DNA of 64,000 nucleotides from Fimicolochytrium jonesii (taxonomy: Eukaryota), in assembly GCF_025526975.1 (NCBI RefSeq), contig NW_026515703.1, positions 186,001-250,000 on the forward strand, written 5' to 3'. Position numbers and translations under genes: made by a program. Under the pieces are notes generated by a model. That model had not been told where the DNA came from. It saw only the letters and a program-made list of their open reading frames with translations, and searched no databases. This document shows positions 1-11,737 of the stretch, in pieces; the first letter of the stretch is position 1, and each line of letters opens with the position of its first letter.

Positions 1-757
1 GAAGTGGGAGAGGGGGACGGGCGTCCCTTATATATCCTGCTGCTGGAGCTGTTTCTGAAACCGACAGTCTCACATGGCATGTGGGGGGTGGCGAATGAAG
101 AGCATTGGTCTGCGACAGGGTTGCCGTCGAGAAAGGGACCGTCCCAGCAGTCCCTGGGGTGGAGAATGGAGACCCAGAGCGGAGGGAAAGAGGATGGTTG
201 TCAAGTCATCGCAGAGTCGCGCTGTCGAAAACCGTCCGTATGTTTAAGCCCGTCATTTGGGAAAGATACCCACTTGGAAGCGATAAAGCAGATTGAACAA
301 CATTCCGAGTCATCGAGCATTTCTCCTATCTTTTGGGAAGCAGAGTCGGGGCATTGGTAGCGCATGCGCAAATCCCCAGCTACCTTCTGATCCATATCGC
401 AACGGCGGCAGTGTGCGCGGTGTTTTCGGAGGTGGCTAATCTGTTCACCCTCCCATCAAGCAACCAAATAACCGCAGTGCAGAGCTTTTAATAGAGATCT
501 GGATCCCTCGATCCACCTCATCCCAAATGCACCGCCGTCAACGTCCGTGTCCGATGGCCGTCCAACAGCTTCGTTGTAGGATGCAAGACTGTAGTCCATA
601 TGTGTGAATTTTTCGGAGAGGTTGGATGCATGAGCCAGGGTCCAGCATGCATGCATGTACAGTATGCATGTGCAAGTGCAGGACGAGCGCATGTGGTGGT
701 GCTTTTGTGGTCCTTTTGTGAGATGGAAGACGGAGGGAGAGCAGTCCGACTTGCATG

Positions 758-777
758 CACACACACACACACACACA
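758..777. repeat. (CA)10 microsatellite
   Basis: Read directly from the sequence, upstream of the Ras gene. A (CAA)n run also lies at 1163-1182. Confidence 0.9.
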
Positions 778-1483
778 GCACAAAAGAGAGCGCAAAGCGC
801 ATGCGCTGTCACCCCACGATCACGTGCCAGGATGTAGGCGAGAAATAATACCCCACCATAGCGTGTTAATATGATGACACGGTGATCGCCGCCCTCATTT
901 GAAAGGCCAAACACGATGACCATTGACCCTCAACGCGTGGGTCGCGTGCGTGATTGGCTGGCTGGGCATTAAATCAAGCGAGCCACCCTCCTTCCATTGC
1001 CGTGCATTAATGAAGAGATGATGTTATCTTCCGCATAGCTATTACGGCCCACAAGCGAGTTCCCTATACCTAAGGACTCGCTCTGAGCGAAGAATCCAAA
1101 TGCCATTTTGGGGACCGCCGTGAGAACGACAACAAACTGCAAAGGAAGAGCCCCCAAGCATCCAACAACAACAACAACAACAGCAAGCACTCTTGCAGCA
1201 TACACCCTCACTCGATAGAGCCACCGCCGTATCCCCCTCCGACCCACTCCGCTTAGCACAGAGTGACAGACCCCTCACTCCTTTCACTGCGCTTCCATTC
1301 ACCCCCAGCTTTTCACGCAGCCGTCGGAGATTACTCCTATCACCTACAAGAAAAGGCCGGCCCCTTCGACAATCCCCTAACTAAGCACGACGCCTTCGCC
1401 GGCGAAAACTATTGTAGCTTAGAAAAAAGAAGAGACGAGACTAATAGACTCGCAAACACCACCACCTTCTCCCGTTCTCGAAC

Positions 1484-2460
1484 ATGACGCTGTATAGGCT
1501 GGTCGTATTGGGCGACGGAGGGGTTGGGAAGACTGGTGAGGGAAATGAAAATGGATTCCGTGGGAGAGTTGGGAGATATACTGTTTACTGATGAAGGACT
1601 TTCTTGGAATTTTGATTTTTTCTTGGATTCCCAGCTCTCACCATCCAAGTAAGTCACCGATCGCACAGACCTATTCATTGAAATACCCACTCATTTTCAT
1701 TGTCACAGCTGTGTCTTAACCACTTTGTGGAAACCTACGACCCAACCATCGAAGACTCCTACAGGAAGCAGGTAGTCATCGACGACCAACCTTGTATCCT
1801 GGAAGTGCTGGACACCGCTGGGCAAGAGGAATACACTGCGTACGTTGCGGGAAGCTCTGCGTGGAGATGATGATGGGAGATTGCTTCTGGGAGGATATTT
1901 GAGGGGATTGTGGGAGCTGACGATTTCCGGATGTGTGATTTTCTAGTCTCCGCGACCAATGGATCAGAGATGGGGAAGGGTTCCTACTCGTATACTCGAT
2001 AACATCCCGAAGCACGTTCGAGAGGGTGGAGCGGTTCAAGCAGCAGATCAACCGGGTCAAAGACACCGATGAGGTAGGGGTGTAGAGAATCGGTCAGGAA
2101 CTCACCACAAAGATATCTTATTGTTTTTCGTGCTGGTTTCAAGGTCCCAATGATCCTGATAGGCAACAAATGCGACCGCGTAGCCGAACGCGAAGTTTCG
2201 AAAGAGGAAGGGCAGCACCTTGCCCGGAAACTGAATTGCGACTTTATGGAGAGTTCTGCCAAGACTTGTTTGAATGTCGACAAGTAAGGGGTCGAGGGAG
2301 ATCACGGGGTCGGGATGTGTGAATCGTGGTGATTGATGATGGATTGTGTTTTTTTGTGTGTAGGGCGTTTTATCAAGTAGTCCGAGCCATCCGCCATCAA
2401 CGGAACGGCGTGCCGCCACCGACGGATAAACAGAAGAAGAAGAAATGCACCATTCTCTGA
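1484..2460 (+). CDS. ras2: Ras family GTPase, fungal Ras2/RasB type, 6 exons
   Basis: Manual splicing over GT-AG introns gives [43 protein letters not shown]...DTAGQEEY...GNKCD...ESSAK...KKKKCTIL*. All G-box motifs, a polybasic tail and a CAAX box are present. [13 protein letters not shown] is the Ras2-type effector region. Confidence 0.95.
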
Positions 2461-2633
2461 AGATGGAGAGGAAGAGCCACGCACGACATACACACCACCT
2501 GAATATCCACCCTTTTATTTTGAAGCGTTGATCGTTTCAGTTTCTCGTTTTCTTTCAATTTTCACGGTGATTCACCTCACACCCATCATCGACACCATCA
2601 ACAATTTACCCCGCGCAACCGATAGATCAACTC

Positions 2634-2665
<32 letters not shown>

Positions 2666-2666
2666 C
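2634..2666. repeat. (GCAC)8 tetranucleotide microsatellite
   Basis: Read directly from the sequence, 3' of the Ras gene. Confidence 0.9.
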
Positions 2667-3692
2667 CATCATATCCACCCACGTTTCACCGAATTCTGCT
2701 CTCGATTTCACCGTTTTTTTTGCTATTTTTTCCTTGGGGCATACTGGACCGCTAAGAGGGAAAGCCGACACACCATTCGATACAAGCACGATATACCTCC
2801 CTCCTCTTGCGACAGCTCGTCTTGCGACACCGCAACCACAAATCCGTGATCCTCCCACCTCTCCCAGTGCGCCCCTACCATCTGTACCTACCTCCACGCT
2901 CACGGCTCCCCCCTCCTTATTCAGCAGGGACTCGTGACGAGTATCTGTATCTACGCCCCCATTTTTCTCGTCCCTCGGTTCTTTTACTTTCACTCTTTTT
3001 CTTTGTTTTGATTCCCTGTTTGTTTGAATAGACGGCGTCAGCACGCCACACACAGCACACGACACAGACTACATCGATGATTTGTTGAATAGATTGCTGA
3101 AATAGGAATCATTGAACGGTAGGAGTGTGCGTGTATCTCTTTCCGTGCCTGGTGTACAGTATCTCGCATATGCCTACAGTCTTCAAAAAGACGCGAGTGA
3201 GTCACCTTCGCTGTATTGCGCCCTCCAACAAGTGCTCCCTCCCCTTACCCAAACTCAACTGCTGCTACGGCGTCAGGACTGTCGGCAGGCCGGGCCGCAA
3301 CCAATATCAGAATACTACTGGCCGCCTAACGCTTGCCGGTGCATCCATAACCACCTTCTGCCCTGTGACTTTGGACGAGGGATTCCATCCCTACGACCGA
3401 GCAGTCGGTATCCCCTTGCGGGTGTGGTGTATACTCTTCACACTTGCATTGCAACTTCCCGACCGACAAACCACATCGTCAAGAACTGCCCACGCTTCAT
3501 CTCCGGAATACTATTGACGAGGGAATTGGACGACGGCATATTCGGTATACCCCTTTGTTGTTGGCCCAGAACTGGGCCTCACCCACATTTCCGTGAGGTG
3601 TACAGTTACTTCACACCCCGGCACATCCCATCGACCCAACCGCTCGCCAACCCGCCTCAATACCCCCCGGGAAACTCGGCTAAACCGCCAAA

Positions 3693-6600
3693 ATGCACCC
3701 CTTCTTCACACCGCCTCCCAAACGTCCCGCCGCATCATCCCACCCAGCGGCGGCACGCGACGGCCACGGCCGATTATCATTCGCGCTGGGTCGGGGAGGG
3801 GTTAGAGGGCGGCTGAGTTTGGAGGCGTTGGAGGATCGCGGCGCTAGGGGGGACGGGAGTGGGAGGAGGGTTTCTGTAGCTGGTGAGGCGGGTAGGAGGG
3901 GTGAGGATGTGAACAGCGTGAAGAAGGAGGAAGTGAGCACGCAGGGACAGGGACGAGGGCGGGAGGTGGTTTTGGAAGATAGACGGCGGGTCGAGGATGA
4001 GGGCAGACGGCGGGTGGAGGAGGAAGGGAGGAGGAAGGAACATGCAGATGAAGCTGGGGAGCGGAGGCGGGGTGTGGATTTGAGTGATGAAGCTGCCAAA
4101 CGGGATCTTGTTGACCTCGATAAGGAGAGGTATCGACGGCCCGACCAAGACCCACCCACCTCCTCCTCGATCCGTCCAAGTGCAAGTCGAGAAGACGACC
4201 GCCACCTCCGCCGACCTGAATCTACACCCACCACCCACAACCCCACCGATTCCCGCCGGAATAGTCGTGATTACCCTACCGTTCGGAGACTGGACGATCA
4301 TCGCGAACGACACGCCTCCGCAGACGATTGGCGGGGAGATTGGGACAGGGACAGGGACAGGGACAGGAAACAACGCGATAGCCACGACTACCCTCACAGC
4401 AAAGACCCCGATTGGCATGCACGCTCCTCCGTGCGTGACCGAGACAGAGACCGGGACCGGGACCGGGACCGGGACCGGGAACACCACCACCATTCCTGGG
4501 ACGACCGACGTGATTACCGACACCGTGACGACTCCTACCACCGCCATGCCCACCGAGGCGATGATACCCGACGGGGCGACCGACCTCGCCATCATCATGA
4601 CCGGAGGGACGAGAGAGTGGGGCGGTATGACGAAAACCGCCCCGGGGATGAGAGGGAGTATGTGTCGCGTGGGCGGGATGAGAGGAGACGCAGTTTTGTG
4701 GATGAGCGGGTTCCTGAGGTGGATGAGCGACGGGGAGGGGCGGATGCGAGGGAGAGGGAGCGGGCGAGGGAACGGGACAGGGAACGGGAACGGGAACGTG
4801 AGAAGGAACGGGTGAGGGATAAACCCGATACCCGTGTTGAGGCACGACCCACCCCGACCCGCCGTGAAGATGAATCTGAGCTTCGCAAACTCGCCGTTAT
4901 CCCCGATCCCTCCCGCGCCGCCAGCTCTCATAGAGAAAGAAACCCAGTCCCGGTAAAAACCCCCTCCTCGTCATCAGCAGGCCCCCGACGCCCGTCGCAC
5001 GCGCCTCTCCCCGATCTCGACGTCGTCGCCGAACTCGAGAAAGGGTTCTATACCCCGCGGGTGGATCGGCCGACGAGTGCTGTCGCAGAACCGAGGCCTG
5101 TGGAGGTGGAGCGGAGACGGATCTCGTTTGCGGTCAATTCGGTCAGATTGGACGTACGGAAAGACGATGCCCGCAGCAGCGGTGGAGGAGGTGATCGGGC
5201 GCTCCCGTTCGCATCACCACCACTGCATCCCTCAGCTGTATCCGAGAAGCGCACCCCACCAACAACAACCGTCAAACCACCAGAACAACAACCCACAACA
5301 CCCCCACCCCCCCGCAACCCCAACCGCATCTCCCGCCACCTCACCCGCACCTCCCTCCCCCCGACCCCCACCTCCAAACCGCGCCCCCTCCCGCGCTTCG
5401 ACATCTTCCGCAGCATCGAAGAGCATTTCGAGAATCTGGAGATGATTGGCCAGGGAACGTTTGGAACGGTGTATAAGGCCGTGATGAAATGTAATGGGCA
5501 GGTGGTGGCGTTGAAGCAGATCATTGATAAGAAGGGGAAGAATGATATTGTAGGTTTTGATTTTTCTTTTTTTTTTTGAGGGGGGAGCTTCAGGCGGACC
5601 CATGGGAAACCCATCGGGCGGTTGGGATGCGCGGGGGGGCTTAACTGATGATTGGGTTTCTTTCTGATTACTCGAAACAGTTCACGGTCCCCAACCTCCG
5701 CGAACTCACCTTCTTCCAAAAATACCACCACAAAAACCTCCTCCAATGTCTCGGGATCGTCTCCTTCGCTAAACGTATGTATCCCAACCCCCCAACCCCT
5801 TCCCCTTCCCCGCATACCCACACCCACTCACCTCCCCACAGCATCAGCAAACGAGATAGAAGTACACGAATACCTCGTCCTCGAATACATGGATCACGAC
5901 CTCGCCGGCTTGATGCAGCATCTACCGGACAAGAAGGTGTTCCATCTGGATCATCTGAAGTGTATTGCCCGGCAGCTGTTTGAGGGGTTGATGTATGTGC
6001 ATGAACGGGGGGTGATGCATCGGGATTTGAAAGGTAAACACTTATTTTCGAGCGGGTGTTTTTGCATTGTTTTTCTCTGTTGATTTGCTTGCCGTATTTG
6101 TTTCTGGGGACTCATGATTTGACCATTTTTGTTCAGTGGGGAATCTGTTGATGAATTCTCGGGGAGAATTGAAGATTGCCGACTTTGGGTTCGCGAAAGA
6201 GAAACAGATCGCGGATGACGAGGACGGACATACCAACCGCGTCTGCACGGTCTGGTACCGCAGCATCGAGGTGCTGCTGGGTGATACGCATTATGGGTTT
6301 CCGTTGGATATGTGGGGCGCTGGGTACGTCACCAAAGAAAAACCGGAAATGATGGACCGACATTGAAATGTTCATTGATCCGTGGGTACTCTTTCTAGAT
6401 GCGTCCTCGCAGAAATGTTCATCAAATTCCCCCTCTTCCACACCCCGCGCGGCCGGGACTCTGAACAAGTCAAACGCATCCTCAGCATCATCGGGCACCC
6501 CACCGACTCGGAATGGGCCGCAGTGCAGCAGATGGAGCAGCCGTGGGCCAAGATGTGGCGGGTTCCCAAAACCAAATTCCCGAGGAGGCTGGAAGCGTAT

Positions 6601-9478
6601 CTGGTGGAGAAGTCGGCTGGGTATGTGCCGATTCCGCCGATGGCTGTGGATCTGATTGCGAGGCTTTTGGCGTTTGATCCGAGCAAACGCCCGAGCGCCA
6701 GGGAGGTGCTGAGTCATCCGTTTTTCACGACGGAGTTGCCGGGGCCTTGTCATCCGCATGAGTAAGTTTGGTCTGGGTTTCCGGCCCGGGGGGTTGATCA
6801 TCATACCGCACATTTATGCGTGTTTGGACTAATTTGTGCTTTTTGGTAGGATCCCCGTCATCCAAGGCTCCTGGCACGAATTCGAATGCAAAGAACGCGT
6901 CAAGCTGCAAAAATCGGGTAAGAAACCCGACGAACCCGACGTCAACTACATGCAGTCCACGGTCGCTGGCAGCAGCAGCAGTCGCCAGCACCCGCACCCC
7001 CACCACCCCCAACATCAAAACGCGTACGACCACATCAACTACACCCCAACAACCATCTCCGGCGCCGCCCTGCCTTCGGGATACAATCCCAGCGTGGAAC
7101 CACCGCGTGGCCCACGGATGAGAGAGACTCATCATCAACAACAACAAGCACCGCACCCACACGACCACCCCCTCCGCAACCGCGAGCGCCACGTATGGGA
7201 CGAGCACCGCAACACGTGGTGGGATCCGTACACCGAGATGGTGTGGCATGAGACGCGGTGGGTGCATATTGCGGAGTTTGATCGACGGCAGAGCTGGGGG
7301 AGGAAGGAGAGGGGGAGGGTTGCGAGTGGGGGGGAGGCGTATCCGGCGTTTGGGCCGCGGGTGCATGGGGATCCGAGAGCGCATACAGATCCGAGAGCAC
7401 ATCCACCCCCCCACACCGATCCAAGAGCGTACCACCCGCCTCCGCACGCCTATCACCCCCATCATCGCGGATTTGAACCGTACCACGACCGCAGTGGAGG
7501 GTACGCGCCCTCATCGCAGACGCCTGTGCATGCTGCGTATGGGCGCCCGGGCTCGCGAGACGGACCGGCCGCCGGTGGCGGTGGGATGGGCCCTGTTGCG
7601 GGCGGGTTGTATGGGCCGGGGGGTATCGTGCCGCCGCCGCCCGCGACGCCTGCACCGAGGGATGCGTATCCCCCGGCGGCGGCGTATCGGATGGGTGAGG
7701 CGGGACGGTATGTGGGCGATGAACGCCCGCACTCGAGACCGGGGTCGAGACCGGGTTCGCCGGTGGGACGGAGGGAGGCGGACGGGAGGGAGGGGTTTGA
7801 AGCGAGAGGCGGCGCGATCACTCAGACCCTCAGGGGCGTGCCTCCGCCGCCGCCCCCGGGCCCGCCGCCACCGAAAACACCCGCCCCGCGCGCAAGCTGG
7901 AGGATGGAACAACCGACTCCCACTCCTGTTGTTGCGCCGGGTATGCCTGTGGATCAACCAGCAACAACGCCCTCGGCGCCGTCGACACGCAAATCGGCAG
8001 TCGAAGCTGAGCAGACGCCGCAGGCTGACGAACCGGCTGCCGTCGGGAAGCTGGACCTCCGCGGACTGTCGATGAAACGGTCACACTATTACCCACCAGC
8101 GGCGAAGGATGGCCAACCGACGCCGAGGGTTGAGGGCAGGAAGGATGACGCGCTGGGGAAATCCGACGCGAATATCACCACCCCGGCTACGCGCGCCAGC
8201 CCGTCCCGCAAACGCCGCCGACGATCAACCGACTCGCGCGATTCGAGCCGCGGGCGGAACCGGCACAGCAGGAGTCGTGGCCGCAGCCGCAGCCGCAGCC
8301 GAAGCAGAAGCAGAAGCAGAACCCGAAAACGGCTCCGTACCCGCTCGCCCAGCAGCGGTTCCCGCGACCGTCGCGACCGGGACGATGATGACCGACGCAG
8401 CAGAGGAAGGGGCTCCCGCTCCCGCGACCGCTCCGTCTCGTCGGCGTATTCATCCGATGCGTACCGCCGGAGACGGTCGAGGAGCAGGAGTCGGAGTCGG
8501 AGTCGGAGTAGGGGACGCAGGGCGTACGTGGGGAGGGATCGACGAAGGGAGTTGAGGTCTCGGTCGGCGAGCGTGAGGGGTGGAAGGGCGAGGAGGGATG
8601 ATGGGAGGGTGAACGGGGGAGTGGAGAGGAGGGAAGAGAAGAAAAGGGGTGCGGATGTGGATGTGGTTGAGCGTACTGAGGCCGAGAGGGAGACTCCTCA
8701 GGAGAAGGATCAAGGTCAAGTGGATGTGGAACCCGAGCGCCGTAGCAAGGAGGACGTAGCTGTTGCGGACACAGCCAAGTCATCGAACGCGGGCGCATTC
8801 CCCGCCGCACGCAAACGCACACGAACACCCTCGCCCTCGCCTTCCCGGTCACATCCACGCCGGTCAGCGTCGCCTCCGGAAAAGAAACGGAGGCGGATAT
8901 CCCAGCAGGTGCTCGGCAACGGTCCAGCCCCGCTACCATCGCCGCCGCCCCAAGATGAGCCTACTTCTCACGAAGCCACCGCCGCACTGCCCACCAAAGA
9001 CGACCAAAACTACATGCCCACCTCAACATCATCAGACTCCGAAAGCGAGATCGAGATCGAGGAGTTCGTATATGTTCCTTCGAAACATTCGTCCGTCGAG
9101 TCCGTGGTCGAGCGTACCAGCCTCTCCTCCACGCCTCCTACCTCCACTATCGCTGCGATCGGGCTTGCGAGTACCGATGATGCAGCCCCAGCCTCCGTCA
9201 TCGTACCACCACCCCCAGCAAATGTGGATGTGGCGATCACGTCCAACGCGTCTGACGATGGGGATATCGACTCGTCCTCCTCAGACTCTGAAAACGATGA
9301 AAATGAAAACGAAGCGGATACGACAACGGCCAACCAGACAGACGACGAGGGAGGCGAAGGCGGTCGACGGGACGCGGCGGATACCATCATGCCGCTGGAC
9401 GCGGCCTTGCAAGCGACGGCGTGGTGGCGGGATCATCCGTATGTTGCGCCCGGGGTCGTGAGGTTGCGCGATGGGTGA
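3693..9478 (+). CDS. RNA pol II CTD-type cyclin-dependent kinase (Ctk1/Lsk1/CDK12 or Bur1/CDK9 group) with RD/RE-rich N-terminus and RS-rich C-terminus, 6 exons
   Basis: Spliced kinase motifs: IGQGTFGTVYKA, VALKQI, EYMDHDLAGL, HRDLKVGN, KIADFG, TNRVCTVWYR, DMWGAGCVLAEM, and a post-kinase WHEFECK segment. GT-AG introns lie at about 5550, 5775, 6034, 6324 and 6762. The start codon is uncertain. Confidence 0.88.
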
Positions 9479-10098
9479 GCCGGTGTGGGGTCGAGGTTTT
9501 GGAGACATGGGAAGAAGTTAGGAGGGGGGAAAGGACAAGCGGTCCGCCGTTGGATTTCGGGCGTCGCGATGGTTCTGGGGAACGTAGCGGGTTGGGAGAG
9601 AAAGGTGTTTTTTTTTACCTTTTTGAGGAGATTTTTTGTGCGGCCCCCATTCTTGTTTTCGGGTGTGATGGCGGGAATCGATTACCCATTTGCGGAACAT
9701 AGGGCGTTATTTGAGGGGATTTTTCCTGCTTGACAGTTGTGAATGTGTTTGGGTTGGATACCCCCTTCGTTTTCTGATTTCACAAGGGAAGCGGACATCC
9801 TTGTTCATGCGTCCGGTTCTAAACTGGTCCCGAGCCCTGGCTGAGACGTATCCGACATGTCTTCATCTTCAGGCTGATTGTGCCACCGAGGTACGTTATT
9901 AGGATTCATTTATTTATGGCCGATTGTCGGTTCTCGTCACGGAAAGAGAGGAAGGAGAACGAACTAAATTCCGGATGTACCTACATACAATGCCGGCATA
10001 GTCTCAACCCCACCCACCGTCGCTATACTATCATACCACCTCTCGCCCAAAAGGAGACTACCTAAATGCAATACGGCCTAACTCTACTCCCTCCCCCC

Positions 10099-11454
10099 TC
10101 ACAAAGCATAGTCCGCCCCCAACGCAATCCACGCCGTCCCCGACTCCCCACCCAACACCACCAACCCCAGCGCCTCGGCCTCCTTGCTATACTGTGCGAA
10201 ATTGGCGGGCCCCAAGGCGCGTTGGTACAGCATCGGGTTGCAGAGGGTGAGAGCCACCCCGACTTGGCTGCGCAGCGGCTTGTTCTGGCCTTCGCGGGCT
10301 CGGGCGCGCAGCACGGTGATTAGGTCGAGGTATTGTTCCGGGATTCGTTTCGTGGTGGTACTTGTCGAGCTTGTCGGGGTGGTGATAGTCGTGGCGGAGG
10401 TTGGAAGCTTGATGAGAGAAGCTGGGGGGGTGTCTGTCCCCGACGACGTTGCGGGAGTTGGTGGTGAGGATGCGGGGACCGTTGGGAACTCGGACGGGCG
10501 GAGCAAAGCTGTCCGTGATCTTGATGGTGTGGAGGCTGCGGATCCAGATCCTGTGTCCGCGACAGAAGTGACGGCCTTGACTTCGGTGGGGCCGGCGGTC
10601 AGACTCAGGGCGTCCAATCTCCAGTTCAGAACGTGGGATGCGGCACTGGTGAGCACGACCGGAGCGCTATCGATGTTGACGCAGAGCACGATGGTGTACT
10701 GCCGACCTATTGGCGAGGACACACATCCCAATTTGGAGGGTGAGTATGGATCTTCGCAAACTGCCGAAGCTCGTTGAGTTACCGTTCAGTAGCGACAAGG
10801 CGTAGGAAAAGTCGCCATCACCGGAAATCAACACGACCACCGCTGGAGCAGGGTTATCAATTGCAAAAGCCATCATGTCCGCGATGATCATTGAATCCGC
10901 TGCGAACGCAAACTGAATCAGTCTCGTGAATTTGAAGCCCACATTCCCCGTCTCTCCTGGGAGTCGGCACCTGTTTCCTTCCGGCCACGGGGCGGACATA
11001 GCGAGAGAAACGCCAGAACATGTCAGCTCGCTTTGCAGAGCTAATCCTTTCTCGGTAGACCACGTTCCAGACGTCTCCATATACGACTTGTCGCACCAGA
11101 TATGCGGTTGTTGGAGAACACTTCGTCGTCAATATTCGTTGCCCTAACGTACTCCCCTTAATCCGACCGAGTTCCTCCAAACCTTGAATAAAACAATCTG
11201 CCCAAACTGACGTAGAGCATGTCGAACTTTCGCTACAACCTCTGTCCCGGATAGACCGCTGCGAAGGCAAGTCTGAGTTTTCTAGAGAACTTGTCTTTCG
11301 TGTGAAAAAACGTACCGAGGAGTGGAACAGTTCTGCCAAGATGGTTGGCGCGTGAGGTGAGTGAGCATGAAGGGAACCAGGAAGCCTCAACGGACGAAAA
11401 GCGGAGGGAAGGACCGACCTCGTAGTCCCAGAAGATGCCGACCTTTGGTGGCAT
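10099..11454 (-). CDS. NYN (limkain-b1/MARF1-type PIN-like) domain protein with C-terminal winged-helix/LOTUS-like region, multi-exon
   Basis: MPPKVGIFWDYE-NCSTP, LQSELTCSGVSL, AADSMIIADMMAFAID and VVVLISGDGDFSYALSLL are the NYN acidic motifs. The C-terminal LRSQVG...NFAQYSKEAEALGLVVLGG segment resembles the helical domain seen in fungal NYN proteins. Confidence 0.82.
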
Positions 11455-11737
11455 TGTATGTGTTTGGCGGGTGCTCGTCCGACGTTGAAGCTGCGAGAGC
11501 CGGGCGGGGTGTGAAGTGTCAAAGGGGTCGCTCTCCCGTTCCCCCTTTCCCTCCAGCTTTCTCTCGAAGGGTCCCTTTTCCCCTCCCAGAAACAGAGCAC
11601 CCCCGCACCGCACCCCAACAATTACGTTACGACACACAGCCAGGCTTGGCTATTGCTGCCCCTGGGGTCGCCTCAGTGTCTCTCCACTGCCGTCTTGGAC
11701 GCTCGCTGCTCCAGGACTACCTTCGACAGCGCACAGG

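Noticed and set aside
4340..4480. GGGACA/GGGACC hexamer runs as telomere-like or satellite DNA
   Set aside because: They encode the Arg-Asp dipeptide tracts of the CDK N-terminus.
3680..9390. Many long overlapping or antisense ORFs over the CDK gene (e.g. 3777-4931 minus, 4084-4815 plus)
   Set aside because: These are shadow frames of a GC-rich low-complexity coding region with no independent motifs. The same applies to 17224-18432, 37106-37672 and 42768-43790.
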